DNA of 64,000 nt from Paraspadella gotoi (GCA_051294375.1 CM119270.1:18535504-18599503), one strand, 5' to 3'; positions 47,701 to 61,505 are shown, numbered from the stretch's first letter. Notes: generated by a model from the sequence alone, not told the origin. Program-made: numbers and translations.

Positions 47701-50700
47701 TGGGATTAATTCTCGGGGACAATGGACGGCGAAGGAAGAACCGCGTGGGAACGCTTGACGTAACAAGGATGACGACGACGACGACGACGACGACGACAAC
47801 GAAACGCTATAATCAGACGTCTGGAGTACGACGACGACAACGACTTAAAATGATGACAACTACGGTTGACAACAGGGAGGAATAAAACGACAAAGCGGAC
47901 GACAAAGCGGATGACAAAGCAGATGACAAAGTGGATGACAAAGAGGACGACAAAGACGGAGGTTGAAAAATAAGAAAATTGGAAACGACAAAAAGGAAAG
48001 TTAAAGGACAATGACGACGACGCCGACGACGACGACGACGACGGCTAATGCGATTCACGCCTGGGCGACGGAAAAGGAAACTCGATTGTGATGCGGATTG
48101 TGAATCCGAGAGACGATGACACCGAAGTTTTAATCGGTGACGGAACCCAAAGAGATGGAACTATAGATGGGAACTATAGACGAAACCGGCGTAAGAACAG
48201 AAGACGGAGATGGAACCAAATATATAAAACCGAAAATGGATTCTGAAATGAAACTGAAGATAGAAATACGGAATAGAATATAGATTATACTTAACGTAGA
48301 ACCGAAAATGTCGTTGGGGATGAGAGAACTGCGAAACAAACAAATAACAACCACCAGTGAACGAAATAACGAACAAACAAAAAAAGAACGCAGGGACGAG
48401 ACGTCTAACGAACTTTAGGCTTTTTCCGCGTACATATACCCCGGTTTTTTGCATTCCTTTCAGGAAAAAAAACGACCTCTTTCACTATTAGTTCAGTTGT
48501 TACCTTACAATATTTTGGAATTACACTGATGTGCCACAAACACAAATTGGGCCCGGAACTAAGGAGTTGGTTAGAAACATCTCCACCCCGTTTTTCTAAT
48601 TGATATAAATAATAGTTACCACTTTTTGGCAACTTTAGGAAAAAAAAAATTATGTCCATATTTTGTCCATTTTTACTTCTGACTTCCCTGATGTTGACTG
48701 CCAATCAGGAAAGTTGAGAAAAATTTTTTTTTACTTTTGGAAATTCCGTTCTTCCTTATCTTCTTTATCCCTGCGGTAAAATTTTATTTGCTTAAATCAT
48801 TTAACCAGTCTTGCCTATGAAAATTAATTTTTAAAGTTAACAAGTAAAAAGTGCAGCCAGTCTTTATATTTAAACTTTGCTTATAACCACAAAAATAATT
48901 CAAAATTAGTTTAAATTAACAGAAAATATCAGCCGCTTTGTGGATAAGCTTCTTATTTAACACCCACCTTACCAAACAATTTTTTTTTTAAAAAAACTTT
49001 TTTTCATTTAGCCACAAATAATTTTTTAAGGGACAACTTTAATTTGTGACTTTTTTTGCTGACTTGCCATTTATTTTTGATAAACGAGAATATTTTCAAC
49101 TCATTTATTAGTTTTAAAAGTGTGTGCAGGTACTTAACTGACATTTATTTAAAAACAAAAAAAAAACCGCATCATTTTAACCAATGTGTTGGAAAGCGTC
49201 TCAGGACTTTTTTTTTCTCAGAATCGACAGATTTTTGCGGAAAAGTATTTTCCCGGCAAAAATCTGGTCGATATTTACTAAATTGCCACGGCAAACCAAA
49301 ATTGAAATTAAATCTTTCAGTGTACGGTTAATAAAATTTTCTTTTCCTTATAATGCATACAGTAAAAACTTTTTTCCCTTTACTCGAAAGAGATAATAAA
49401 CTGGAAGGGTAGCGCGATAATCTCTCAAACTAGCTGAGTTTGAAATCAGCTCAGCTTGCAGTAAATGGATGCAGGAAGGGTTAGTTTTGTGTCCCCATTG
49501 GGACGGTATTTTTTAAATAATATTTCAAAAAAATTCTGCGCTCTAGACAACCCTAAAAATTTTTTTTACCAATATTGCTCTAGCGCCAGTTTATTAATGA
49601 ATGCACCTATCATTTTGCTCATAAATACTCCTAGACGAACCTACATAAATGCATTTGTATAAAATTTTTGAATTAATTTTATTATTTTTTTGTTAATAGT
49701 TAATTTAGTCAAATAATATATTCAAAGATATTCCTGGAAAATTATACAAGGTAATTGATCTCCTTTTTTATCAAAATGATACATTGAACGAGAGCTAGTT
49801 TTAATAAGTAAAAAATAAACATTTTTAAAAAAATTATTTTAAATACCAAAAATATTTTTCCAATATTATAAAAATATATTATATGTCATTTTAAAACTAA
49901 ATTAATAATATTTATTTAAAAAACCTATTAAGGGTTTGAAAGCCCGACATTCATGCTGATTCCAAATCTCATTTTTTTGTTTTTTTTTCAAAATTTCTTG
50001 ATTTCTTGTCTTGTGTTTTACAGTCTCATAATTGTTTAAAAATTAAGACGAGAAAATCGTCTCTTTTTTCAAAACCTCTAAAACAAAAATCCATGATGTG
50101 CGTCCATTATATTGGAAAAGACAAATAAAAGAAATTTAAAAAATTAACTTTGGAAAAATGTAATCTGATTTTGCTATCAAAATTTTAAGTGAGAAGAAGT
50201 AAGATTTGCCAAACAGATAATCAAGGGGAGAAAGTCCGTCACTATTTTGAGGGTTATTTTTTATATGAAAAAAAGAATAAGATTTTTTTTTCTTATTATT
50301 AAATAGGCAATCTGAAGCTCATCTCTCTCTTGGGCCGAAGCGCGCATGAGCGCAGAGCAGGCTTCTTTCAAAGACTAGGATTTGCAATATTGAGGACAAC
50401 CTCACAACATTTTTTTTTGGAGTTCACCTATCTTTCTCTACTAACCATTGCAACAACCAAAAGTCAGCAGTTCTAATGGCAGAACATAAAAGAGTTAGAC
50501 CTTCCATATATTGAAAAGTTTTTTTAAATCAAAAAAACGTTAATTATTGTGTAAAAGTGCCCATATATCCATATGAATTTCATTTTTGAACATTGTCTGT
50601 TTTCAAAAAAAAAAACTTTACCAAGTTTAATGGCGCGCCAACTCTGAAAAAAAAAATGAAAAAAGGTAAAAATTGACCTTTCTTTTTCAGAATTAAATAT

Positions 50701-51323
50701 CTTTTTAAGAACTTTATTACTACAGATGCGACTTCAAACCCAATCTATTCTTGTAGAGCGGAAAAAAAATTGACTTATGTTACATACCTACGCATTATAA
50801 TTAAGTTATTTTTTTTTTACCAAATAAATTTTTTTCTCTTTTTAAGAAACCTATTTGTTTTAGCCGCTATTTTTTAATAATCTTTTTTTAAAAAATGATA
50901 TTTTTTTTTTATTAACAATGTTTGTTGAAAGATTTTAAAAATGCAAATTTCCTATGCCTCTCTTTGATATAGAGAGTCATCAATTGCCCTTTGGTTTTTC
51001 CTAGAAAGACATTTAAAAACATAAAAGTAGACTATATGGCTTCTTTAGAAAAACTTATATGTTTAATACTTAAAGTTAAGAATCATTACTTACTCTTAAT
51101 ATGACTTTATCTCGTTTATTTCAATGTAGGTAATTTGATAACTACCGGTCTAAAAAGAGAAAAGTGCGGAATGCACTTTTTTAGAGTTAAATAACAAAAA
51201 TAGTACATTCTGATATCGTTTGCTCTCAAACTTTGTTTCAATTAATTTATCACTTTTTTGTCAATTTATTTTTCTTATTTTATTATATATATATATTTAT
51301 ATTTTTCACAACCACTTTCTCGG

Positions 51324-51577
51324 TCCACAATCGTTCAGCCAAATACCATATGGCTCAACGGCTGCGGAACACACCATCCCAGCCGTTTTAGCTAGTTCCA
51401 TCTACGTTTTCCTTACGACTTCCCTCTGCGTTGGCAAAGTGAGCGGACCTCCGAGGGCTAACCGCGCCAGTGACTGGATGCTTGGTCAATGCGGGTCGGG
51501 AATGCCCCCCAAAGCCAACAGTGTGGAAGATTGTCCTTATCCCAATGCGGCACACAGGGCAACCCGCTGTTGACATA
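51324..51577. ncRNA. Putative structured RNA / repeat element, copy 2 (inside the 5.2-kb insertion)
   Basis: Shares ATCGTTCAGCCAA, CACCATCCCA, CTTCCCTCTGCGTTGGCAAAG, GCCAGTGAC, CCCCCAAAGCCAACAGTG and GGCAACCCG..CTGTTG with 16833-17053. Confidence 0.45.
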
Positions 51578-52189
51578 ACCTTACAGTACCTCATTTATTT
51601 AATATGAAGCCTTTGTAATCAATAAATATATCAATCAAGTCAATCATTATCACGTTATTATCATCGTCACTTCGTCGTGAGTCCAGTTGACAAAAAAAAA
51701 AACAGTTTTGAGCAAACAATTCTTCGGATTCTGCCTATAGAATTTCTACTAGAGCCTTTTAAAAAGTCTATTTTTAGATAAAGGTATTTAATACAAACTT
51801 TTTAAATTTTTTGTTTCTTTTATAATGAAAAAAATTTCGGTTTAAAAAAATTCAGCCAATAATGGATGATGATGATGATTTTTTAACGGTTTTTATTTCT
51901 ATTTTTTTTTCTATTTAACCATATTTATTGTTCAAAATTGAATAAATTATTGTACTCAACCTTTCATTTAACTTTTTAATCTCTACCAAGAACCCGTTTC
52001 GTTTTACAAAAAATCAAATTTTAAATCTTTTTTTTTTTTCATGTTAATCACAGACCACCTTCCTACCCAACAACAAATCTTCATATCCAATCCAACCATG
52101 CCAATCACGAGTTTATTGGCAGCTTATTTTGCTTAATGGTGGCATGGTTATGGCACGGACACTGATTGATCTGATTAAATTAATTATTG

Positions 52190-52786
52190 ATTATTAAATT
52201 ACTATTTAATTGACTAATTGATTAATTAATTGGGATATTAAATTATTTGATTTATTATAATTAATACATCTTGCATTTACATTTAAAATTTAAAAAAAAG
52301 TTGTTTTTTTCCATTTAAACTCATTTCCACTCAAACGATTCCATCAAATTGTATTTCCAGTTTTCATCACACACTTTTCTACCTCACAAAAATTCAAGTC
52401 AATCACCCCATCCACTCATGAGAATTGGTGTTCAAAATAGTAATATATTTTTTTTCATTTAAACTCATTTTCACTCGGACGATTCCATCGAAAACTTCAT
52501 ATCCACCTCAATCACACACTTCCCTACCCACCACACAAAATTTCATTCCAATCCATCATCCAATCACGAGTAATTGGTATTTTTTGCTAAGGGTGGGACG
52601 GACGGTGAAGAGAGGCCGGACAGTACGACATCATGTTTTATTTGCATTAATTATCATAATTCGATGTTCTGACCATGATTTATAAGTTTAGTGCCCGACA
52701 ACTATTGACGCCGGGCGGACCGACGGACCGACAAAGTGCAATTATAGGAGTCGGGATCTGCTCGCATAAGCAAGATCCGACTAAAA
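52190..52786 (-). mobile_element. HINE (Helentron-associated, DINE-1-like) element, 3'-truncated inverted copy
   Basis: Reverse complement of 57581-58090, including the 5' palindrome (gtcgggatctgct...gcaagatccgac) and ggaccgacggaccgacaaagtg. Confidence 0.7.
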
Positions 52787-55022
52787 CAAAAAACAAAACA
52801 AATATTTTTATTATCTCCCTTTCTTTCTATCTGTAAAGAATAGTCGTACGTTTACTGCAATCTAGCCTGTATGCTACGTGCATATAAAGATTTTTTTTTT
52901 GATTTGCTCAATGTAAACATAGTGAGAAGAAAGAGAAAAGGCGAGAACAAGAAAAGGAGAAGGGGAGAGAGATTGAAAGAGGGGGAGAAAGTTGCTAAAA
53001 AACGAAGGCAAATGGCGGAAAAAATAGTTAAAACAATTGTAAGGTGCGGAAAAAGAGGCGAAAAATTGAAAGAAAAAGAGGGGAAAAGAAAGTCGGAAAA
53101 AGAGAAGAGAGAAAAAAGGCCGAGGAAAGTGCCAAAAAATGGCTTGAAAAGGTAGGGGCTAAAAAAATGGTAAGTGGACAGCCGTAGAGAAGTAAGGAGG
53201 AAAGAGGAAGAGAAAAAATATAAAGAACAGAGAAGAAAAGAGGTGTAAGAAAAATAATCAGGAAAAGCGTATGAAGGAAAAAAAAAATTGTAACAGATAA
53301 TGTGGCTGTCTTGCCCTAAAAACTTTTATGTTTAGTGAAAGACGTGAAGATTCTCATGAGGAATTCGATCCTTTAAAAATCATCTGTACTCCATAAAATT
53401 TCAAGCATACTTAATTTCTAACAATTAAGCAGTTAATGAAGCATTAGATTTGACAATCATTTTAAGAGAGAAATCAGTCCTTACCGTATTTTTAACTATA
53501 CGACAATTTAGCATGGGAAGTTCTCAGTGATAACGAGGAGATAACTTGAGACTACCGTTTTTATAAATGAAGAAAGCTCGTACTAACCAATGAGATCAAG
53601 AAATATGGTTAATTTTTGAAGTTCAGATTTCGTTGTTTAAAGGACTCGATTGTAGGCTGAACTTTAACGAACGAATGCTAACTGGGAACGAACCGCAGAA
53701 CTCGACAAAATGTCACTTTTCGAGTCCAAACCGACGATTTCTCACTCGAAAAGGGCAAGGAGGGCGGGGTGGGGGGGGTGGGGGGGAGGAGGGGGGGGTG
53801 ACGCGAAAAGTCTCGCCGTCTTCTGACCGAAGGGCGAGAGTTGAGGCGGGTGATGGTGTGGTGGGTGGTGGGTTTAAGAGGTGGGGAGGTGGCGCGGTGA
53901 CGATGAGGGGGTATTGAAAAGGAGAAAGGGCAGGAGAATAAAGCGGGGGAAAAAAAAAGGAGAGAAAAGGGAAAATAAGAAAGGGAACGCCCATCTTTTT
54001 GTTGTCGTCGGGTTTCGTGGTCGAGTTTGTTTGGGTTGCGTCTCCCGAAGCAGAAGAAATGCGAGAGAGAGAGAGAGAGCAGAGAGAGAGGAGAGAGAGA
54101 GAGAGAGAGAGAGGAGAGACGATGAGAGAGACGAGGAGAGAGGAGAGAGAGAGCAGGGAAATTTGAAAAACGTAAATCGCGGGTACGAAATAATTCAGTC
54201 TTGATTAAATAAAATTGTATCCATTCTAATTTAAATCAATCAGGAATTTATTTCTTCATATTTCCACGTTTGAACAAATCTCGGACACGAAACGAACTTT
54301 AAAGCTTCTCACGGGAAAACTATTGGCGCCACACGAAAGAAAATTAAGAATCTATTTTCCGATGTCCCTTTTGTTTTTCGTCACAAAGTTTTAAAAACAA
54401 ACTCTAATGACGCGAGTTATAAACAAATCTTTATTAAACTAAACATTAGTGACACAATTATTTTTTTATAAACCGAAAGATTTGGAGTTTGCTCCGAGAA
54501 AATATTTAAGAAGCAAAACAGAAATATAGAATTCTTCGTTACAAACAAACGACTTGAACGGACATCATCAACAATGAATAGCAAACTGGTTGTTTTTAAC
54601 AAACATTTCTTGTTATGATATTATTCTGTAAGAGGGATGAACGCCATAACCCACCAAGGCCTGTCCAAAGATTGAGTTTATTGAGTAAATGAATAATTTA
54701 GTTGTACCAATTTCATTATAAAAAAAAAATTTCTTGAAAAGATGCATGTTATAATTAACTTTCATTTGTTTTCGACCTCACGAAGCTCGAATTAATTTGC
54801 ATCTGCGACTTTTTTAATTTGTCACAAAAACGAGATCAGAGACGGACAGACGTACAGACGTACCGACGCACAAGCGGATCGAGAGTCCGTCGATCCTTTG
54901 TGCGATCGAGTTGCGTCTATGACGCAAATGGCGTCGTTTTAAGGGAAGCGAAAAAGAGACTCACAGTCACGACTCAAACACAGATTCGATTACCTTCACC
55001 CCTTTTCGAACCATGGGTGAGA

Positions 55023-55068
<46 letters not shown>

Positions 55069-55416
55069 GAGAGACTCTCTTCAGTTGCACCTTTTTTTTT
55101 ATCTTTGACGTCAAACTCAGGCAGGAAAGGAAAAAAAAGGAAGAAAAAAAAGGAAGAGAAAAAAAAGGAAGATAAGAGGTCATCCACGAGACGGATTTTT
55201 TAAAACTTTTTCTTGTCTTCTTTAACTTTTTATAACTTCTCCATCTTTATCGTTGTCTTTTACGACCGTTTCTGTCTGTCATTGTCATCTTATTTAGATG
55301 TTTTTGTCAGCGTCGTTTTCGACGAATGACAAAGTTAACAGATTTTGCTTGGAAAAAAAAAAATCTTTAAGATCGTGTTTCACGTCCAAACGGATTTGCT
55401 TTCTGATACATAAGTT

Positions 55417-55535
<119 letters not shown>

Positions 55536-55788
55536 GTGATACACTTGCGCCCGTGAGAAATACAGATTTAGAATTTTTCAAGTTTTCTTGGATTTTCTTC
55601 TATCAAAATTTAACAAACTCTCGTCCCTATATTTACAAATTAAGTGAGAAAATGGGAATTTAATTTTCATGACGATTTTCCAATGAAAAGTTAAAGTAGT
55701 GAAAAATTTACTCCGAATATTATTAATTTAAATTATAAAAGGAATAAAATATCTAAATATACAATGCGATTGAATTCCTTTCTTTTAC

Positions 55789-56068
55789 CTTCGGGCGACT
55801 TCAACGCCGCCGCCGTCGCCGCCGCCAGAGCGTGGGCGTGAGAGAAGGGAAAGGGCAGCGGCGGCGGACAACCGTGAGCGGGCGGCGACGAAGAGGGAAA
55901 CTGGAAGACCGAGGCGGCGCCGGGCCCGCCGGGCAGCGTCGGGGTGCCCGCGTATCCCGGCGGGGCGGTCATGCCGGGCGCGGAATCGGGCGGAGAGAGA
56001 GGAAGAGAGGATATGAAGGAAAGGGCGGGCGATGTGGAGATCCCGCTGTATCGGTCAGAGTACAACAT
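55789..56068 (-). CDS. Elk: Probable upstream first coding exon of the Elk gene (93 aa, Pro/Ala-rich, contains FQFP)
   Basis: GC-rich ORF starting MLYSDRYSG. Phase-1 donor GAA G|GTAAAA at 55789 is compatible with the phase-1 acceptor ACACAG|GC ATG at 34984, giving ...[15 protein letters not shown]. Implies a ~20.8-kb intron, inflated by the assembly duplications. Confidence 0.6.
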
Positions 56069-56871
56069 CCTTGATCGGGATGGAATGGCGAAGGTGTTTA
56101 AGGACGAGAGGCGTGCCACACCTTCTAAAAGGTTCCGGTGGCGAAAAATCCAAGATTTCCCGGTTGAGTCTTTAAAATATAATTAAATCATAATTATATC
56201 GATTCCACGCGTTGCTCTTTTTTTCGATGAGATCTTCTTTTCGACGGCGTCGATCGGCGCCGCGAGAGGGACGGCGTCGCCATTAGTAAGATTGTGAATG
56301 AGACGGACGGAGAAGAGCGAGATAGAGACGGAGAGCGAGATAGAGACGGAGACACGAGAGTCAAATTCTCTTGGGACGGACGTGAAATGACGAAGATTAT
56401 TTTTCTTCTTATCTTTTTAGTGGAAGCGAACGTCTCTGTCTCTCGATTGTTTGTTCAAAAACTTAATAAAATATTTACATCGATAGTTATATATCGAATA
56501 TTCCTAGAAAAGAATTTTTAAAAAAAATAAAATTCCAATCGTTTTGCGAAAATTTTCAAGCGAGAATAAAGGATCAATTTTTTTTTTCACAGCCGGATGA
56601 AAGAGTAATTTTTGCCCAAAAAAAAGAGACGGATTAAATTAATTCGATAGGCCGATTCTTAAGGGTTGATATTGTTAAAATGAAATCGTTTCTAAGAAAA
56701 AGAAGTTTTTTATATCCCGAAAAAAAGAATCCAGTTTGTGGTCATAAAATTTTTTGGGTCACTAAAAAAAAGATCAAAAGTATTTTTCGCTTCTTTATTT
56801 TTTATACAAAAACCGAAATTGGGAGTCAATAATTCTTCAGCTTCACTTTTAAAATCCGGGAAAAAGAATCA

Positions 56872-56925
<54 letters not shown>

Positions 56926-57114
56926 CGTTTTCTCCCGATACGACACAAAAAACAGAAGCGAGTGGGAGCATTGATTTCGTTCTCTCTCTCTCACGGAGTT
57001 TTTACAGAAAGAGCGAGAGAGAGAAAAAAAAAATGTCAACAAAAATTTTCGGAAGAGAGAGAGAGAGAGACACGGGAGGCGGGAGAGAGTGAGAGCGAGA
57101 GTGAGATCGAAGTT

Positions 57115-57184
<70 letters not shown>

Positions 57185-57580
57185 AGAGAGAGAGACGGGA
57201 AAAAAAGGTGGGAAGGAGGAGGAAGTTTTTTGTGGTGGACAAGATAAAGGTTTCAACGAAAGGGTTAAGGTTCGACCCGGGGGAAAAGGAGGAAGAGGAA
57301 GAGGAAGAGGAGGAAGGGGAAGCGTAGGAGGAAGAGGAAGGGGAGGAGGAAGAGAAGGGGGAAGAGGAAGAGGTCAGAGAGAGAGAGGAAGAGATGCGGA
57401 TCTATTGTTGGCACGGGCCTTTTTTTTTCCTTCGTCGTGAAATCGTTCGTCGCGACTGTGAATTGATTGAGCAATCCCACTGTCTGTCCGTCTGTCCGTC
57501 CTCACGTCTTTCTTTGCCCATGGTCTGTTGTTTCTTTCATTAATTTGAGTTCATTCTTTGTTTATTTCTCTTTATATTTT

Positions 57581-58231
57581 TTTTGTCGGATCTGCTTTCA
57601 GCAGATCCCGACTCGATAATTCACTTTGTCGGTCCGTCGGTCCGCCCCCTCAATCTTGTTGTCCGTCCGTCCGTCCTTCCATCCGTCCGTCCGTCCCACC
57701 TTAGCAAAAAATACCAATTACTCGTGATTGGATGTATGGATTGGAATGAAATTTTGTGTGTGGGTAGGGAAGTGTGTGATTGAGGTGGATATGAAGTTTC
57801 GATGGAATCGTCCGAGTGAAAATGAGTTTAAATGAAAAAAAATTTACTATTTGAACACCAATTACTCATGAGTGGATGGGGTGATTGACTTGAAATTTTG
57901 TATTTGGGTAGAAAAGTGTGTGATGAAACTGGAAATAAAATTTCGATGGAATCGTTTGAGTAGAAATGAGTTTAAATGGAAAAAACAACTTTTTTTAAAT
58001 TTTAAATGTAAATGCAAGATGTATTAATTAATCAAATAATTAATCAATTAATTAATCAATTAATTATTCAATTAGTCAATTAATTAAGTAATAATTAATT
58101 AATCTGTCAATTAATCAAACAAAAAAAATAAATTAATTATTAATTAATTAAATAATTAACTTGAATTAATTATTAATTAATTACCGATAATGATCGTGAG
58201 CAGATCCGACATTGTTTGCTCAAACTTGTTT
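57581..58231 (+). mobile_element. HINE (Helentron-associated, DINE-1-like) non-autonomous rolling-circle element, apparently complete
   Basis: T-run, then 5' subTIR GTCGGATCTGCT (57585-57596) with adjacent IR AGCAGATCCCGAC, (GTCC)n microsatellite (57661-57695), internal repeats, 3' subTIR AGCAGATCCGAC (58199-58210), hairpin GTTTG-CT-CAAAC and terminal TTGTTT. Confidence 0.8.
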
Positions 58232-58659
58232 CTTTCTTTCTTTCTTTCTTTCTTTCTATTTATACTCTCTTTCTTTTCTTTCTGTCCTTCCTTCTCTCTC
58301 TATCCTTTCTTCTCTCTCTATTTTTTCTTTTCTCTCTATCCTTTCTTCTCTCTCTATCCTTTCAATTTTTTCTGTCCTTTCTTTTCTCCATATCCTTTCT
58401 TTTTATTCTTTTTGGCTTTTCGTCCTTCCTTAGTTCTCTGGTCTGTACATCCATCTATCGCTTCCCCCGATTCTGATTTATTCTTAATCTAATATCCCCC
58501 CAAAATTCCCGTTTCCCTACGCGGACAGGATCGAGCATATTTCCGGCGTCCGAGGTCGTGACGTCGACGATGACCAGTGACCAGTGAAAACGTAAACATT
58601 TAAACGAAGACCAGAAAGAGAAAGATAAATGAAAGGTTCTGCCCTTTATTTATGTCCGC

Positions 58660-58800
<141 letters not shown>

Positions 58801-59937
58801 TGCAACGGTTATGACGCCCGAAGCGAGAGAGAGCGAGTGATCGTAACGTTTCGCGTCGAAAAAGGAACTGATTACAGCGAGACCGACTTTAAACGACGCC
58901 AACCTGTTCCGACGGCGGGATTTATTTACAGTGTCGCCGGCATTCCGGGGGGAAAAGATAAACGGAGTTTCGTTTTGGAATGATAAAAAGTTCTCTAGTA
59001 AGATGAGTGCTTAATAAGCCTAATAAGCTGTCCGCGACATATAAATTTATAAAATTGGTTAAATTGTATCCGTTCATTCGATAAATAATCTATCTTGCTT
59101 CTGACTTTGGACAGGCTTTGTTGGTTAAAGGACTCCATCTCTCCTACGAGATAATTGCATAGCACGACCCTGACTCTCCCACAGTCTAGTCGATATTAAA
59201 AGTTCAATTCCCTTTAAAAACGGCTGCTTCTATCCACCACTGCCCACCCCCGTCCCTCCTCCTCCTCCTCCACCTCCTCCCCAAAAAAATTGATTGCGCA
59301 ATGAGCGATCGAAACCCGGTTAAGACGACGTCGAATTTCGACGATACGAATATAAAGAGAAAAGTGCCTTATTTTCCCATAGCGCCCCATTTCGTTTTTA
59401 ATCCAAAATTTAAAGACGAAACAATAATACTTTCAATGGTTGATAACAACGACAATGTTTTTATACTAAATCGAATAAATCTAAATCAAATTATAAATCA
59501 AACGCAAAGAATTAAAAGAAATTAATACAAAATCTAAAATTAAAATAATTTTTAGGTTTAAATATTAGGTTAAATGTTAGAATTAAGGATTAGGTTATGG
59601 ATTAGTTTGAGGATTTTATTTAGAGATTAGGTTAGTGATTATGGTTAGGGAATAAAGTTGAGGGTTAAAGATTAAGTTTTATAGTTGAGGGTTAAGAATT
59701 TGGGTTATAAGTTTGGTTAAATATTAAGGTTAAATTTAATTTCGGGAGCTTTGGGGAGCTTCGGGAAAAAAGAGCCAGAGAAAGTCCTTGATGAGAAAAA
59801 ATAAATAAATCGGTGACCGATATTAGAATTAAAGTTACACCGGGAACCGCTAAAGGGGAAAATAAAGAGGTCAATTTTATGTGTAAGAAACTTTGAAGAA
59901 ATATTGGGAGGGAGAAAGGAAGGGAGGGGAGAGGGGA

Positions 59938-60001
<64 letters not shown>

Positions 60002-60217
60002 ATTATGAACCAACATTTCCTCCGTCTTATATGCTCGTTTGGACCTTAGTAGTTGTGGACGTGGTCGAAGTTGTAGTTGTGCTCATAGTCTTTTTCATTG
60101 TTATTGTTTAAAAATGTTTTTTTTCTGATTTTTTTTAAACGAACGACTGACGAGAAAAGAGACAAGGTCGCTGAAGGAAGGAATTGACTGGCTTGGTGCA
60201 AAGAAAATACACATTGT

Positions 60218-60284
<67 letters not shown>

Positions 60285-60559
60285 GGACCGAAGGAAAGGT
60301 TAAGAACTCCCCAGGCTTCAAGGTGTTGCCTCGGAGAAGAAAGTGAAATTAGGTTCACCAAAAATAACCTCAGTTTTGGTGAGAAATGAAAGAAAAGAAA
60401 GAAGAAGAAAAATGAGAAGGAAAGAGAGAAAATAAAGAAAGAATTAAAAAAAACAAATAAGATAAACAAGGATAAAAAAAAAATAAAAATAAGCCGAGAG
60501 ATGTATGTTGTCGGGCATTTCTTAAGTTCACCACGCCTATAAGCATAACACCTTCAGTC

Positions 60560-60700
60560 GTGACCCGTCTCATTGAGTAAAGCCATCAGCCCATTACCAC
60601 TAGGTACCGGGTTCAATCCCAACCCGGTACGTGGAAGACCCTCAAGCCTGGTTCAAAGCCCAGGATCCGTTCCATGGCTGCTAGAGGTGTTAAAGAAGTT
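60560..60700 (+). mobile_element. tRNA-related SINE-like fragment
   Basis: B-box-like GGGTTCAATCCC overlapping a perfect hairpin GTACCGGGTT-CAATCCC-AACCCGGTAC (60604-60630). A-box poorly defined. Confidence 0.35.
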
Positions 60701-61505
60701 GCGGACAGTCATCAATTTTTTGTTGAGAGATAAAGATTTAGAAGCATAAAAAAGCAAGTGTTTTATAATAGACAGACGTTGTCAACAAATTTCCATCTCA
60801 AAACTGATGATGTCCATAAGGATGACAATCGACAATATGAAACTTCTCAAACTGTTCCTATTGACACGGAGTTGATTGTCAATTTAATTTGATCGCCAAC
60901 ATTTTTGTTAATCGACGAATTCTCCTCCTTTTTCGTCACCACAAAAAAGTCTCAAGTTGACTTTTTTCTTTCCGTGAAGTGCAAAGTTCGAGTGAGTGAA
61001 TCACACGAATCACTAAGAACCGTCGAGTGCAGCGAATGCGAAGAAATCAACGACTGAAAAACTTCACAAGTTTCACGCCGTGAATGATTTTTGATTTTTC
61101 TCGATTCAATGATAATAAGTGATTCGCAGTCACCTGTGATTTCTTTAAACTTTTGTGAAAATGAATTAGGTTTAAGTCGAAAAGAGTTATAATTCAGTCA
61201 AAGTCCGGGTCATAATATTTTAATTGTTAATGAAATTATTTTAATTATAATTTTCTAGCGGAGCAAAGTACAGGACGTGAGGACTGCACATCGCAAAAAT
61301 AAACATAAACAAGATCTCGCTGAATGTATGAGAGAGAAATGGCGAGAGAAGGGAAAAACAAGAGAGAGATTGGGAGGGAGAGAGAGAGAGGAGAGAGAGA
61401 GAGAGGAGAGAGAGAGAGAAGAGAGAGGGAGAGCGAGCAAGTCCAGTGCTGGGAGGTACCAACTAGGATTCCGTCTCAACAGCGAATGCGAAGCCTAAGA
61501 TTTGA

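Larger units (their letters stand above)
48418..53658. mobile_element. 5.2-kb non-coding insertion flanked by the 8-bp direct repeat GAACTTTA (putative TSD); unclassified
   Basis: GAACTTTA at 48410-48417 and 53659-53666. The duplicate copy reads straight through a single site at ~40327-40333 (gttaacgactttaacgaacgaatgc). Confidence 0.75.

Noticed and set aside
59550-59740. Interstitial telomere
   Set aside because: The TTAGG-like units are highly degenerate, more like the interior of a non-autonomous DNA element; termini could not be defined.
60824-60860. CTGATGATGTCCATAAGGATGACAATCGAC, Penelope-type hammerhead-like
   Set aside because: The essential GAAA is broken (GACAA) and stems I and III are not evident; at best a dead relic.
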